The notes below the pieces were generated by a model that ran no database searches, was not told where the DNA came from, and was given only the letters and a program-made list of their open reading frames with translations. 64,000 nucleotides of DNA from the human T2T-CHM13v2.0 reference genome, Homo sapiens, in NCBI RefSeq assembly GCF_009914755.1, contig NC_060942.1; one strand, written 5' to 3'. Below are positions 63,969 through 64,000 of this stretch, piece after piece. How positions within the stretch are numbered: position 1 is the stretch's first letter; every line of letters starts with the position of its first letter. Made by a program: the position numbers and the translations under genes.

Positions 63969-64000
63969 CCCAAACTTGTAATTAATACTGAAATATTAAA

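Overview
Human DNA (AluJ/S/Y, L1M, MER, MLT repeats; GC-rich, minisatellite-dense, subtelomeric character) carrying the 3' part of CTDP1 (FCP1, the TFIIF-associated RNA polymerase II CTD phosphatase, 18q23) on the + strand. Nine GT-AG coding exons (reference exons 5-13; 696-846 through 48850-48988) splice in frame into 754 codons plus stop. They cover the C-terminal FCPH catalytic motifs, the acidic linker, the BRCT domain and the C-terminal RAP74-binding helix. Poly(A) signals lie at 49682 and 51799. The antisense AluY in intron 6 contains the 95-nt latent pseudoexon activated in CCFDN syndrome; the wild-type C allele is present here. Introns and the 3' flank hold more than 20 tandem arrays or short duplications plus old transposon fragments. 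Almost all other ORFs in the track are repeat- or GC-driven artefacts. I see no convincing new gene system. The best new leads are splicing/3'-end hypotheses (frame-restoring intron 9 retention plus exon 11 skipping, a sense LTR poly(A) site in intron 12, a second Alu pseudoexon) and several unusual VNTRs. Exon numbering, repeat family names and literature details are from memory, not database searches.
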